Below, piece after piece: positions 18,801 to 27,727 of a stretch of DNA of 64,000 bases. Source of the stretch: Bacteroidales bacterium UBA5072 (GTDB taxonomy: Bacteria; Bacteroidota; Bacteroidia; Bacteroidales; UBA10428); the NCBI GenBank assembly GCA_002415855.1, contig DIAS01000056.1, forward strand, positions 2,274-66,273. Direction: 5' to 3'. The notes under the pieces are model-generated. The model was not told the DNA's origin and did not search any database. It was given only the letters and a program-made list of their open reading frames with translations. Position numbers and translations under genes: made by a program. Position 1 is the stretch's first letter. Every line of letters starts with the position of its first letter.

Positions 18801-19217
18801 ATTAATGCCCAGTCCCGCCTTTCTTCCGAGAAATGCAAGTGCCCTTCTCTGAGCCTTTAGATCAGCATGTTCATCGGAAGGATCAATACAATTAATACAA
18901 AATTTTATTCTTTCATCAGGGAATTGATCAATCTCAGCAAGTATATTTTCCTTCATCAATCCATTGGAGAATATGCTGATATTGAATCCCTCATCTAATC
19001 CAAGTCTGATAAGGGAAAGGAATTCAGGATGCAAAGAAGGCTCCCCACCCAGCAGGCGAAGCTCGCTGACACCGGAATTCTTTAAAAATCCCAGAATATG
19101 AAAGAAATTTGAAAGGCTCATGCTGCTTGTTTCAAATGCTCCCGATTTTCTGAATCCTGTAGCGAAGCAATAGGAACAGTTACGATTGCAGGAATCAGTT
19201 ATGATAAGATTTGCCAT
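15852..19217 (-). CDS. three-domain fusion: radical SAM/SPASM-like + peptidase-U32-like + HemN-like radical SAM
   Basis: aa 1-320: ITDSCNRNCSYCFA, LLGGEPSL, CTKCDLFLKGECYGGCRAQ. aa ~355-655: U32-like (EITLSNVDLARLIRKEFPEISLTASTLMDI, LLVNEACLPGCVHR, LKLAGRSTLRNPDNYLKVLTHYFKG, CDHNCFSCNYC). aa ~745-1121: HemN/HemW-like (YVHVPFCDRKCNFCDCY, IHFGGGTP). Confidence 0.8.
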   Translation of the reverse strand: MANLIITDSCNRNCSYCFATGFRKSGAFETSSMSLSNFFHILGFLKNSGVSELRLLGGEPSLHPEFLSLIRLGLDEGFNISIFSNGLMKENILAEIDQFPDERIKFCINCIDPSDEHADLKAQRRALAFLGRKAGLGINIYRPGQDLDYVLPMIERYNLAPDIRLGLAHPVVPPANQYLHPKFYQATGNHLARFLQDASGKNVRISFDCGFVPCMFPEELKEMIEEHYKDIGKRCNPLPDILPDGNVVSCFPLFHATEKLKLSDYQDTGEIGKVFLKKMEPFRSTGIFPHCTKCDLFLKGECYGGCRAQVLNRFKRIENGQPVPSTAYLKSGLEIIQAGGGTVNDSSKKNAVASKYTIPYIDQPPEFWEKLNSVHGESIRGIYFPLPDTTIPSGRPVQPMIHLASFLEETKCKKNLIINPIVLPDKVEKIGPSIIQQIEKIIKKTEIREITLSNVDLARLIRKEFPEISLTASTLMDIASSSQLIMLEGLFDTVVPSGKILRNIAVLNQIRKCFQGEIRLLVNEACLPGCVHRIQHFYEMGSPGIRHPESLCRELLFRHPWLRLTGAWILPQFLDLYDGLYDDLKLAGRSTLRNPDNYLKVLTHYFKGKDLSPNEIGGGPASVNESIDIDQAFFKHTLYCDHNCFSCNYCRVYWEKKMTAASGKKSQQILRKKKKNTDKFERVIQRIEHQIPPETDFDRIQQQWEKVPGDYHNRLKTMPSPEWLENGLLHGPDKCWKVLQEKISKPVSSPYSLYVHVPFCDRKCNFCDCYSMAVPERNAEKISEFTRLLLSEIALWTQNSNITERPVTSIHFGGGTPGYLPPEKLHALTDRLRKGLKITDTTEIALESTTSLLSGEQLRILSEAGFRRLLVGVQTLDDPIRKILGRKETAREVLLKLEDAMKMGFVVSVDVLYGLPFQHAGSLLHTLAELCKSGIHGFSLYQLNITDKNKAFFANIGGFKRSPVYDYFLFQLADQYLIRSGYKKNHFVHYAKKEDRNLYYNHVCRNEDLLALGPTADGIFDDYYYVHQWIEEYLSHKQMISPPLQGGGYLKPRELERRLIKARLIGGIVPESDVTYFKMETLFEKWLSYDLIEKSDSEFRLTGSGSWHISKMVEELMQYGL

Positions 19218-19218
19218 A

Positions 19219-19488
19219 CTATGAGCTTAATAAACTGCTGACGATCCAACTGTCAATATTCTTCAACATCCAGAGCACAGTTTCCGGCTTATCCTTTTTT
19301 AAAATCGGGGCCAGCATATCGGACATTGCGGTAAATGAATAACCCTGCTGGATCATATTCCACAAAGCTGCTTCCGGATATGGAATAACTACCATTTTGT
19401 TCAGATCTCCCGAATAAACCTTGATACAGTTAACTTCAGTCGCATACTCAATCTGCCCGTTCAGGCTATATCTGGTCTTAGGATTCAT
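19219..19488 (-). CDS. PqqD-like (RRE-like) small protein
   Basis: 89 aa. KMVVIPYPEAALWNMIQQGYSFTAMSDMLAPIL...WIVSSLL fits the PqqD pattern. 11-nt overlap with the upstream rSAM gene and a 1-nt gap to the downstream fusion gene. Confidence 0.5.
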   Translation of the reverse strand: MNPKTRYSLNGQIEYATEVNCIKVYSGDLNKMVVIPYPEAALWNMIQQGYSFTAMSDMLAPILKKDKPETVLWMLKNIDSWIVSSLLSS

Positions 19489-20896
19489 GGTTGCTCCAGT
19501 CCGTTAGTTTATCACTGCGCTGCATCGAGAACTTTCTGAGCTGCTGTTCGTCTCCCAAAAAGACTTCGAGAATACCTGGCTGATCGATCTTTCTCATCAT
19601 ATCAATTATTCCCAGAATACGGGTTTGTCTGCAATAATTATCATATACAACAGGTGATCCCGGATAAGTAACATCTACATGACACCCCCCGGCACATATC
19701 CATTTGCAGAAGCATGAAGTGCAACGCGGCTTTTTCTTCACCAGATCGCGTAATCCGGCTATTTTCTCCTGTGAGATGTGCATTCCCCCTGCTTTCATTT
19801 TTCCAACGGACAAATCGAGTCCCCTTTCCTCCCATCTATTCGGTAATAGATAGCAGCTATTGATCTCCCCCTCCGGAGTGACAATAAGTGTATCCTTACC
19901 AACAGGGCAGGAGGAAAATTGAGGTTTTTCCGAAGCAAAGGATGAGTTAAGAACAGTAACGTTATACTTATCAGCTATCTGAAGAGATCGGAGAAATTGT
20001 TCTGCAAACATATATGGATCCGGTTCCAACAGGCCTGCATCTCGCGAGCCTTTATTGGATTTCAGATTCTCAAAATTGATGATCGAAGGCCTAAATGTTC
20101 TGCAAAACCAGTCGGTAATTTCAGGCATTCTGCGAACGCTGACATTACTGATGCATGCTCGCAGGTAGAGTTCAGTGTTGGACTCACTGACAGCCCTGGC
20201 AAATCTCACTGCAGGCTCAAAACTGTCCTGCTTGTTGCGCATTGGCCTTTGTCGGTTCTGAATATCTTCAGGACCATCCAGGGACAGAACCACAGCATTT
20301 ATGTGATCAGTAACAAACCGTGTGATTTTATCAGAAACCAGTCCATTTGTAGATACCTCGAAATAAGGAAGCAGGTCATACTGATCTGCGATCATTCTGG
20401 CATAATGTACAGCAACACTTACAACATCGGGTGCATACAACGGCTCCCCTCCAAAGAAATGAACTTCGAGCTTCTTCTTGTTCAATTGTTTCATTCGGCT
20501 GGCCATCCAATCGATTGCTGCAATTGCCATTTTATAACTCATTTTTTTATTTCTTCTGCCGACATGCTCAAAGTCACAATAATGGCAGGCGCCGTTGCAA
20601 GCTCGGGTCGGGATTAATCCGAGAAAATACGGATCAGGATTGCCTGCGGGTTCACCAGGTAATTCCCTGGTTGATTCCTGTAATGCATTTAAGATAGTAT
20701 CAATTGCTTTTTTCTTAGCCTGGTTTTCCTGCTTCTTTATCAAATAATCATACAGATAGCTTACAGCAGTTTTATCTGTTAATGCAGTTATGGCCTTCAG
20801 TGGTGAATAAATGATAAAATATTCATTTATGGGCAAAACATAGAGTTGTTCAACATCATTAAAATTTTTTGCTTCAATATGAACCAGATTACTCAT
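19478..20896 (-). CDS. radical SAM/SPASM peptide-maturase-like enzyme
   Basis: IPTRACNGACHYCDF, HFFGGEPLY, and a SPASM-like tail FSSCPVGKDTLIVTPEGEINSCY ... CTSCFCKWICAGGCHV ... YCRQTR. The N-terminal ~90 aa look RRE-like. Confidence 0.85.
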   Translation of the reverse strand: MSNLVHIEAKNFNDVEQLYVLPINEYFIIYSPLKAITALTDKTAVSYLYDYLIKKQENQAKKKAIDTILNALQESTRELPGEPAGNPDPYFLGLIPTRACNGACHYCDFEHVGRRNKKMSYKMAIAAIDWMASRMKQLNKKKLEVHFFGGEPLYAPDVVSVAVHYARMIADQYDLLPYFEVSTNGLVSDKITRFVTDHINAVVLSLDGPEDIQNRQRPMRNKQDSFEPAVRFARAVSESNTELYLRACISNVSVRRMPEITDWFCRTFRPSIINFENLKSNKGSRDAGLLEPDPYMFAEQFLRSLQIADKYNVTVLNSSFASEKPQFSSCPVGKDTLIVTPEGEINSCYLLPNRWEERGLDLSVGKMKAGGMHISQEKIAGLRDLVKKKPRCTSCFCKWICAGGCHVDVTYPGSPVVYDNYCRQTRILGIIDMMRKIDQPGILEVFLGDEQQLRKFSMQRSDKLTDWSNHES

Positions 20897-21025
20897 GTAA
20901 AAATGGATAAAGAAGATTCTTCTGTTGTAGGATCAATTTATAAAAATTCCGGCATCTTTTTAGATCTTTCTATTAATAATCAAGAAACCGACGATTTTAA
21001 ACCTATTTCCCGAAATCCGTCCCGT

Positions 21026-22384
21026 CTAAAACACCATCGTGAAAACTGTTTCTTTCTCAGGTATTGAATACACCGATATCGTACCATTATGCAAATGCAT
21101 AATTTGCCTGGATAAACTCAGTCCTATTCCTGATCCTTTTTCCTTTGTGGTAAAAAAAGGAATGAAGATCTGGTCGATCAACTCAGGCGGAATTCCTTTC
21201 CCATTATCCGACACCTGAATGATCACTTTCCCGTTTTCGCTGTGGAATACCTTCAATTTAATGACCTTGTTTATTTTTTCAGTTGCTGAAAGTGACTCCA
21301 TGGAATTCTTGACCAGATTGATCAGTATTTGTTGGATCTGCGATTTATCAGCCGTAAGCTCAATATCTTTCCTGGTAATTTCAGAAATACAATTGATACG
21401 ATTGGTCTGCAATTCTTCACCAAGCAGTATCTCACAGTTAGTCAAGAGTTCCCGTATAGCAAAAGTCGACATGACCGGTTGAGGTAATGCATTAAATGCC
21501 TTGTAATGCTCAACAAAGCTTTTCAGACCCTCACTTCGCTCATGGATAATGGACAGCCCGGAAATTGCTTTTTCACGCATGCGATCCCATTGCTGGCTTG
21601 ATATAGCACTGTCACCTGTATCTTTCCCCGAAAAATAACTGCTTAGTGTAGCAGTAGTGGAAATAATCGGTGCAAGAGAATTCATGATCTCGTGGTTCAG
21701 TATCCGTATCAGTTTTTGCCAGGATTCGAGTTCTTTCCTGTCAAGTTCATGTCTGATATCCTGAAAGGTAATTATCTTCAGTTCCCTGTCAACGAGTTTC
21801 AGGACTGTGCTGTTTAAGGACAAAGAGACAGTATCATTGCCAGTATTTACCTGAATAAGCCTTTTCTCGGAAGGTCTGATAGCATGAAGGATATCACCTA
21901 AGCCTTTCTGATGATTATTAAGCTTATCAATCTTGTGTATTGTTTTTATTCCCAGTAAATTTTTGGCAGCCTTGTTGATGATGTCCACCTTACCATCCGG
22001 CCCAAATGAAATAAGTCCGGTTTGGATGCTTTCAACTATCGTTTTAAAGTATTGATCTTGTATGGCATATTTAATTCTGATGGATTTAATCAGCGTATTT
22101 ACATCATCCATGGATTTATAAATATTACGGAACTTTCTTTTACTCCTGTTAAAAGATAAACCTGAATCCTCGTTCTTTATGGAATCAAAAAATCCGGCAA
22201 GATCACGGTTGGTTTTGTTCACATAATAAATGAAAAGAATTGCCTGGAGAACAATCAACAAGCTTAAATTAACCAAGGAGAAATAGTTGCCTGAACCATA
22301 CCAGGTAAAAGCAAATATCATGCAGTTGGCAGTCAGGAGCAACACACGGACAACTACATTCACATAAAAGTGAAGATTAACCAT
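21026..22384 (-). CDS. sensor histidine kinase (2 TM, PAS, HisKA, HATPase)
   Basis: H-box LNHEIMNSLAPI, N/G boxes NLVKNSMES ... DNGKGIP ... GSGIGLSLSRQI. Confidence 0.85.
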   Translation of the reverse strand: MVNLHFYVNVVVRVLLLTANCMIFAFTWYGSGNYFSLVNLSLLIVLQAILFIYYVNKTNRDLAGFFDSIKNEDSGLSFNRSKRKFRNIYKSMDDVNTLIKSIRIKYAIQDQYFKTIVESIQTGLISFGPDGKVDIINKAAKNLLGIKTIHKIDKLNNHQKGLGDILHAIRPSEKRLIQVNTGNDTVSLSLNSTVLKLVDRELKIITFQDIRHELDRKELESWQKLIRILNHEIMNSLAPIISTTATLSSYFSGKDTGDSAISSQQWDRMREKAISGLSIIHERSEGLKSFVEHYKAFNALPQPVMSTFAIRELLTNCEILLGEELQTNRINCISEITRKDIELTADKSQIQQILINLVKNSMESLSATEKINKVIKLKVFHSENGKVIIQVSDNGKGIPPELIDQIFIPFFTTKEKGSGIGLSLSRQIMHLHNGTISVYSIPEKETVFTMVF

Positions 22385-22411
22385 GGTTCATGGATTAAGG
22401 TGGATAAAAAA

Positions 22412-23788
22412 TCAGGTAGTATATTTTTTTAACTTATTGTACAGCGTTTGCCTGCCAATCTTAAGTTCCTTTGCCGTCCTCGACAGGTTGCCTTTATTTC
22501 GTTCCAGTATTGATAGTATCGTATGCCGTTCGGCCTCCTCGAGTGTATTAAATGCTTTGTGTCCGATGACAGGATTAAGATTCCGTTTATCCACAAAAAA
22601 GTCCGCAGCCTGAAGTATATTGGAACTGCTTAAAATAACAGCCTTTTCAACAGCATGCTGTAATTCACGGATGTTCCCCGGCCAGGGATATTCCTTAAGC
22701 GCCTGCAATGCATACTGATGGATCTGAATAAGGGGTTTGGAATACTTTGTCCTGTAATAATCCAAATAAAACCGGATGAGCACCGGAATGTCCTCAATTC
22801 TGGCACGCAAGGGAGGGATAGCCAGTTGTATGGTGTTGATTCTGTAAAAAAGGTCTTCCCGAAAGGCATTGTTCTGGATCATTTTTTCAAGATCCTTGTT
22901 AGTGGCACAAACAAATCTCACATCAACTTGTGTACTTTTATTGGAACCCATTGGGCATATCTCCTTGTTCTGCATTACTGAAAGCAGTTTCGCTTGCATG
23001 GATAGGGTGAGATTTCCGATTTCGTCAAGAAAGAGGGTGCCCCCGGAAGCTGATTCAATTTTACCGATCCGGTCTTCCCTGGCATCTGTAAATGCGCCTT
23101 TGACATGCCCGAATAATTCACTCTCAAAAAGGTTCTCATTCAGTGATCCCAGATCAACCCGCATGAAAATCTCATCCCTCCTTTCTGACTGCTTATGAAT
23201 TTCCCTGGCGATTAGCTCTTTACCCGTTCCATTTTCACCGGTAATGAGCACACAGGCTTCGCTTAACGCAATCTTGGGAATGGCATTATATATATTATCC
23301 ATACTTTTTGAAGGGCCTCTTATAAGGTTAATACCATTTCCCAATGATTCTGCAAGATTTTTCTGGTTTTGTTTAAGCTTTTTTACCTCAATTTTCGACT
23401 TTCTGAGATTGTATGCTGATTGAATCGTTGCAAGCAATTTATAGTTGTCCCATGGTTTTACAACGAAATCTGTTGCGCCCTCTTTTATTGCCCTCACCGC
23501 CATTTCAATGTCCCCATATGCAGTTATATGTACCACAACAGCATGAGGATCGATCCTGAGTATTTCCTTAAGCCAGTAAAAACCTTCATTTCCGGTCATT
23601 TTACCCGCCGAAAAATTCATGTCGAGCAAAACAACATCAAAGTTCTCCTGCAAAATAAGCTGAGGAATACGGTTTGGATTGCTGACCGTTATGATCACCC
23701 CAAAATAATCTTCCAGAAAGAGTTTCAGCGAATCAAGAACACTCTTGTTGTCGTCGACAATCAGAATTTTGCCTTGCCTGAATTCCAT
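22412..23788 (-). CDS. sigma-54-dependent response regulator (REC + AAA+ + Fis-type HTH)
   Basis: ILIVDDN ... LLDMNF (REC), GENGTGKE Walker A, ESELFGH (GAFTGA-region), and a C-terminal HTH RTAKELKIGRQTLYNKLKKY. Confidence 0.9.
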   Translation of the reverse strand: MEFRQGKILIVDDNKSVLDSLKLFLEDYFGVIITVSNPNRIPQLILQENFDVVLLDMNFSAGKMTGNEGFYWLKEILRIDPHAVVVHITAYGDIEMAVRAIKEGATDFVVKPWDNYKLLATIQSAYNLRKSKIEVKKLKQNQKNLAESLGNGINLIRGPSKSMDNIYNAIPKIALSEACVLITGENGTGKELIAREIHKQSERRDEIFMRVDLGSLNENLFESELFGHVKGAFTDAREDRIGKIESASGGTLFLDEIGNLTLSMQAKLLSVMQNKEICPMGSNKSTQVDVRFVCATNKDLEKMIQNNAFREDLFYRINTIQLAIPPLRARIEDIPVLIRFYLDYYRTKYSKPLIQIHQYALQALKEYPWPGNIRELQHAVEKAVILSSSNILQAADFFVDKRNLNPVIGHKAFNTLEEAERHTILSILERNKGNLSRTAKELKIGRQTLYNKLKKYTT

Positions 23789-23827
23789 ATTACTATCTGT
23801 ATTATAGAAGGTAAAAGATACTAAAAA

Positions 23828-23867
23828 TGTCTTATTTTAAGACAACTATTGTCCATAATCATGACAA
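23828..23867. promoter_or_regulatory. two TGTC-N9-GACA palindromes, candidate enhancer (UAS) sites
   Basis: TGTCttattttaaGACA (23828-23844) and TGTCcataatcatGACA (23850-23866). Their starts are 22 bp apart, and they lie ~65-100 bp upstream of the -24/-12 element. Confidence 0.3.
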
Positions 23868-23928
23868 TTCATTTTTTCTTAAACTGAATTTTTTCGTAAA
23901 TTGCTAATAATTAGATACAAACGAAATA

Positions 23929-23943
23929 TGGCATGTATATTGG
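23929..23943 (+). promoter_or_regulatory. candidate sigma-54 promoter (-24/-12)
   Basis: TGGCAT-gtata-TTGG compared with consensus TGGCAC-N5-TTGC. Located ~60 nt upstream of the ATG at 24005 and divergent from the sigma-54 regulator gene. Confidence 0.5.
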
Positions 23944-24004
23944 ATTATAAGGAGTACATTTTGGCTCATGATTTAGTGTTCATTACCCTGTAATAAAACA
24001 AGCA

Positions 24005-26362
24005 ATGTTCAGGAGTCATTTAATAATAGCTCTACGCAACATCTGGCGAAACAAAACATTCTCTGTCATCAATATAGCCGGTCTGGCCTTGGGTCTGGCC
24101 ATTTCTATTACTATCTGGATCTGGATCAGGTTCGAATTAAGTTACGATGGTTTTCATGAACATAAAGAGGACATATTTCTTATTGAACAGACCATTCAGA
24201 TCAGTGACGGAGAATACAAAACCTCTCGTTGCGGATCCGCTTATGCACCTGCTCTCGAATCGAAGTTTCCTGAGATCCGGAAAAGCGTTCGTATAGGGCC
24301 CTCGCTAGAACTGCTGCTCACCACCGAAGACGATATGGATAGTACAACCCGGGAACAAAAGAAATTTATTGAAACACGTGTGCTGGCTACGGATTCTACA
24401 TTTTTTGAAGTATTCTCCTTTCCATTGGTTGAGGGTATCCCAAAAACAGTACTTAAAGACCCGTATTCAATTGTAATTACACAACATATGGCTGAGAAGT
24501 ATTTTGGATACAAGTCTCCTATGGGAAAAATAATCAGAATCAATGACTCCTTTAATTTTACCATTACTGGTATTGCCAGGGATGTCCCCGAAAACTCCAG
24601 CATACAATTCGATTTTCTTATTCCGTTCTGGTTTATGCAGGAAATGGGGTACGACCTGAACAGTTATGAAGGAACAAATTTTACCAGCTTCGTTTTATTA
24701 AATGAAAATGCTGACTACAAAAGCCTGGATGCAAAAATACCCGGTTACCTGAATTCCCTGCACACCTCGGAACTCAATCCGCATCAGTTTCTTACTTCAC
24801 TGAGCCGACATCATCTGTATGGGGAAGAACTCAATTACATAGGTGTATACTTGAATACCATCGTAGCCATCATGATCCTGTTAATCGCCTGCATCAATTT
24901 CATTAATCTTTCAACAGCAAGGTCACTGAGCAGAGCAAGGGAAGTCGGGATAAAAAAAGTTGCCGGTGCAACCCGTTCTCAATTGGTACGGCAATTTTTG
25001 GGTGAATCGATGGTAATGACAATTATTGCTGTTAACCTGGCATTACTGATGGTTGAAAGGATTCTTCCATTTTCTGACAAATTGTTGCAGACCCGGTTGT
25101 CCCTCCAATATAATGATATTCATTTCGTAATTGGAATAATTATACTTACAGCAGTAACGGGTCTTTTGGCAGGTACTTATCCTGCATTTGTACTTTCCTC
25201 CTTCAAACCGGCAATCATCCTCAGAAGTAAGTTGATTTCCGGATCAAGAGGTGGTCGCTCAAGAAAAGTGCTGGTCATTGTGCAATACACATTCTCAATA
25301 CTTTTTATAATTTGCACGCTCGTCATGTCTAGGCAATATGACCATCTTATGAATGCGGATCCGGGTTTTAACCGGGAAAATATTCTGTATTTCAGGCTGA
25401 GGGGAAATGCACATAAAACTTATGAACTTATGAAGGAAGACCTGATAAAGAATCCGTCAATCAGGTCGGTTACCACTGCATCAGAAATTCCGAACAATAT
25501 CTTGAGGGGAGATATCGAGTGGGGTGATAAAACCCGTAAAAAAAATGTAATTGCCAGAATCATGTGGTGTGGTTTTGATTTCACAACAGCTTTGGGTATG
25601 AAAATGAAGGAAGGCAGGTTCTATTCACCTGATTATGCGCTGGATTCAACGGATGCGATTGTTGTGAATGAGGAAGCAGTAAAAATTATGGGTTGGAATA
25701 ATCCCGTAGGGCAAAGATTTCTGCTGTTTGATAAGGAATATACCGTAATAGGCGTGGTTGACAAAATAAGTTTCTTTCCGTTTAATATAGGCGGTTCAGC
25801 ATTAATTCTGCCTTTCGGTGCTTCGAACAATTATGTTTATGTGAAGCTTCATGAAGGGTGGTCCAATAAAGTCATTGATGATATCCGTGGTATATTTGAA
25901 AATTATAACGCTGCATATCCCTTTGAATTTAACTTTCTCAAAGACTACAAATACGACATGCTGAAATATGCAGACGTTAACAAAAGGATATTCATCTTCT
26001 TCAGCTTCCTTGGTATATTCGTCTCCTGCCTGGGTTTACTTGGCCTTGCCATTTATGTAGCGGAACAGAAAAGAAAAGAGATCTGTATACGAAAAGCATT
26101 CGGATCAACTCACTGGCAGATCGGCATGCTTTTCATCAGTAGCTTCACAAACCTCGTTTTCCTGGCCAACCTGATAGCAATTCCTTTGTCCTATTTGGTC
26201 ATGCATAGTCTGCTGCAATTCTTTACACAAAGAACAGCACTAAGCTGGTGGATCTTCGCCCTTTCAGCCTTGATATCCCTAATTTTTTCAATTCTGACAG
26301 TGACTTCCCAGTTATACAAAGTTACAGGTACAGATCCGGCCAAGTATTTACGATACGAATGA
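24005..26362 (+). CDS. ABC transporter permease, FtsX/MacB type (two FtsX modules)
   Basis: N-terminus MFRSHLIIALRNIWRNKTFSVINIAGLALG. Large periplasmic domains, a duplicated 4-TM FtsX module, and a C-terminus ...DPAKYLRYE. Confidence 0.85.
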   Translation: MFRSHLIIALRNIWRNKTFSVINIAGLALGLAISITIWIWIRFELSYDGFHEHKEDIFLIEQTIQISDGEYKTSRCGSAYAPALESKFPEIRKSVRIGPSLELLLTTEDDMDSTTREQKKFIETRVLATDSTFFEVFSFPLVEGIPKTVLKDPYSIVITQHMAEKYFGYKSPMGKIIRINDSFNFTITGIARDVPENSSIQFDFLIPFWFMQEMGYDLNSYEGTNFTSFVLLNENADYKSLDAKIPGYLNSLHTSELNPHQFLTSLSRHHLYGEELNYIGVYLNTIVAIMILLIACINFINLSTARSLSRAREVGIKKVAGATRSQLVRQFLGESMVMTIIAVNLALLMVERILPFSDKLLQTRLSLQYNDIHFVIGIIILTAVTGLLAGTYPAFVLSSFKPAIILRSKLISGSRGGRSRKVLVIVQYTFSILFIICTLVMSRQYDHLMNADPGFNRENILYFRLRGNAHKTYELMKEDLIKNPSIRSVTTASEIPNNILRGDIEWGDKTRKKNVIARIMWCGFDFTTALGMKMKEGRFYSPDYALDSTDAIVVNEEAVKIMGWNNPVGQRFLLFDKEYTVIGVVDKISFFPFNIGGSALILPFGASNNYVYVKLHEGWSNKVIDDIRGIFENYNAAYPFEFNFLKDYKYDMLKYADVNKRIFIFFSFLGIFVSCLGLLGLAIYVAEQKRKEICIRKAFGSTHWQIGMLFISSFTNLVFLANLIAIPLSYLVMHSLLQFFTQRTALSWWIFALSALISLIFSILTVTSQLYKVTGTDPAKYLRYE

Positions 26363-26377
26363 CCGTACAGAAGACTC

Positions 26378-27727
26378 CTAAAAACCTAGCACAAATTGGG
26401 TTTGCTCCATCGGCTTCGAAAAGACGGATATACTTCCCTTATGCAATCGCATGATCTTTCGGGACAGACTCAATCCTATCCCGGAACCATTTTCTTTGGT
26501 GGTATAAAAGGGTATGAATATTTTCTCGATTTCATCAGAAGTAATGCCCTTCCCGTTATCGGAAACAGTGATTTTAAGTCTCCCCGTGGCACCCTCAGAA
26601 ACACTGATGGTGATTTTTTTATGGGCTGTATCCTTCAATGCATCAATGGCATTGTTAATGATGTTGATCATTACCTGATTCAGCAGCTTTTCATCTCCGA
26701 TGAGTTCTTCCTGTGATCCTTTCTTCGTTATTCTTAGGTCGACCTTTTCCTCATCTAACCGATTCTTCATCAACAACCGCAATGCCTTTAACCAATTACT
26801 GATATGTATTGGTTTAAAAACAGGATCGGGGATCCTGGTTAGCTTTCGGTAATCTTCAACAAAACGCATCAGTCCTTTTCCGGTGTTTTCAATTACCTCC
26901 AATCCGTGAATGATATTGGTAACGTGCCTTTCGGTAACTTCATGGGCTGGTAAAGGATTATTGTTCCTGATAAAAATACGTGACAGCGTACTGCTCAATG
27001 AGGTAATGGGTGCTATGGAATTCATGATCTCATGTGTCATAACCCGGATAAGCTTTTGCCAGGAATCAAGTTCATTTTCTTCGATCTCGGCTTTGATATC
27101 GGAAATAGAATAGAGCCTGTACCTGTTCAGACCAAAATTCAACAAGGCCACTTTCAGGGAAAACAAATGCAGCTCTGTTCCGTTAAGCACTTTAATCGTA
27201 CGACTCTGGCCGGGCGTAATGAGCATCATCTGTTCATATAGGTCCTTGTTCTTTTGCTTAAGCAGATCGATATGACTAATAGAAGGCAGACCGATGAAAT
27301 CCAGGGCCGAATCATTAATCTGCTCGATGTAGCCCTTTTCGTCAACAGCCAATAACCCGGTAGCAGAGGATTTCAGCATTTCATGAAAGAACTTTTCGTT
27401 GTGCTCGTTCACAATTTTTATATCGGCGATATGCTTGTTCAGTTTGTTGAGACTTTGGTGCAAAGCGAGCAAAGACCCGGGACGAATATGTTCGGTATAA
27501 TGAAGTGTCGTGTCATCGTTTGTAACTGCGTCGAAAAAAAATGCCAGTTTGCGGTTCACACTATTCAGGAAATATAAAAGGCTGAAGAATAGAATCAGAA
27601 CGACCAAAACCAGGGGAGTAGCAACAAGCCAGTTGCGATGATATGAACCAATAGCCAGGCCTGCCGTGGCAACGGCAAATAGCAAAAGTCGGATGATGAC
27701 AGACAGGTTGAATGATTTATAAATCAT
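26378..27727 (-). CDS. sensor histidine kinase, paralog of 21026-22384
   Basis: Same architecture. H-box MTHEIMNSIAPI; DNGKGIT ... GSGIGLSLSRKI. Confidence 0.85.
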   Translation of the reverse strand: MIYKSFNLSVIIRLLLFAVATAGLAIGSYHRNWLVATPLVLVVLILFFSLLYFLNSVNRKLAFFFDAVTNDDTTLHYTEHIRPGSLLALHQSLNKLNKHIADIKIVNEHNEKFFHEMLKSSATGLLAVDEKGYIEQINDSALDFIGLPSISHIDLLKQKNKDLYEQMMLITPGQSRTIKVLNGTELHLFSLKVALLNFGLNRYRLYSISDIKAEIEENELDSWQKLIRVMTHEIMNSIAPITSLSSTLSRIFIRNNNPLPAHEVTERHVTNIIHGLEVIENTGKGLMRFVEDYRKLTRIPDPVFKPIHISNWLKALRLLMKNRLDEEKVDLRITKKGSQEELIGDEKLLNQVMINIINNAIDALKDTAHKKITISVSEGATGRLKITVSDNGKGITSDEIEKIFIPFYTTKENGSGIGLSLSRKIMRLHKGSISVFSKPMEQTQFVLGF

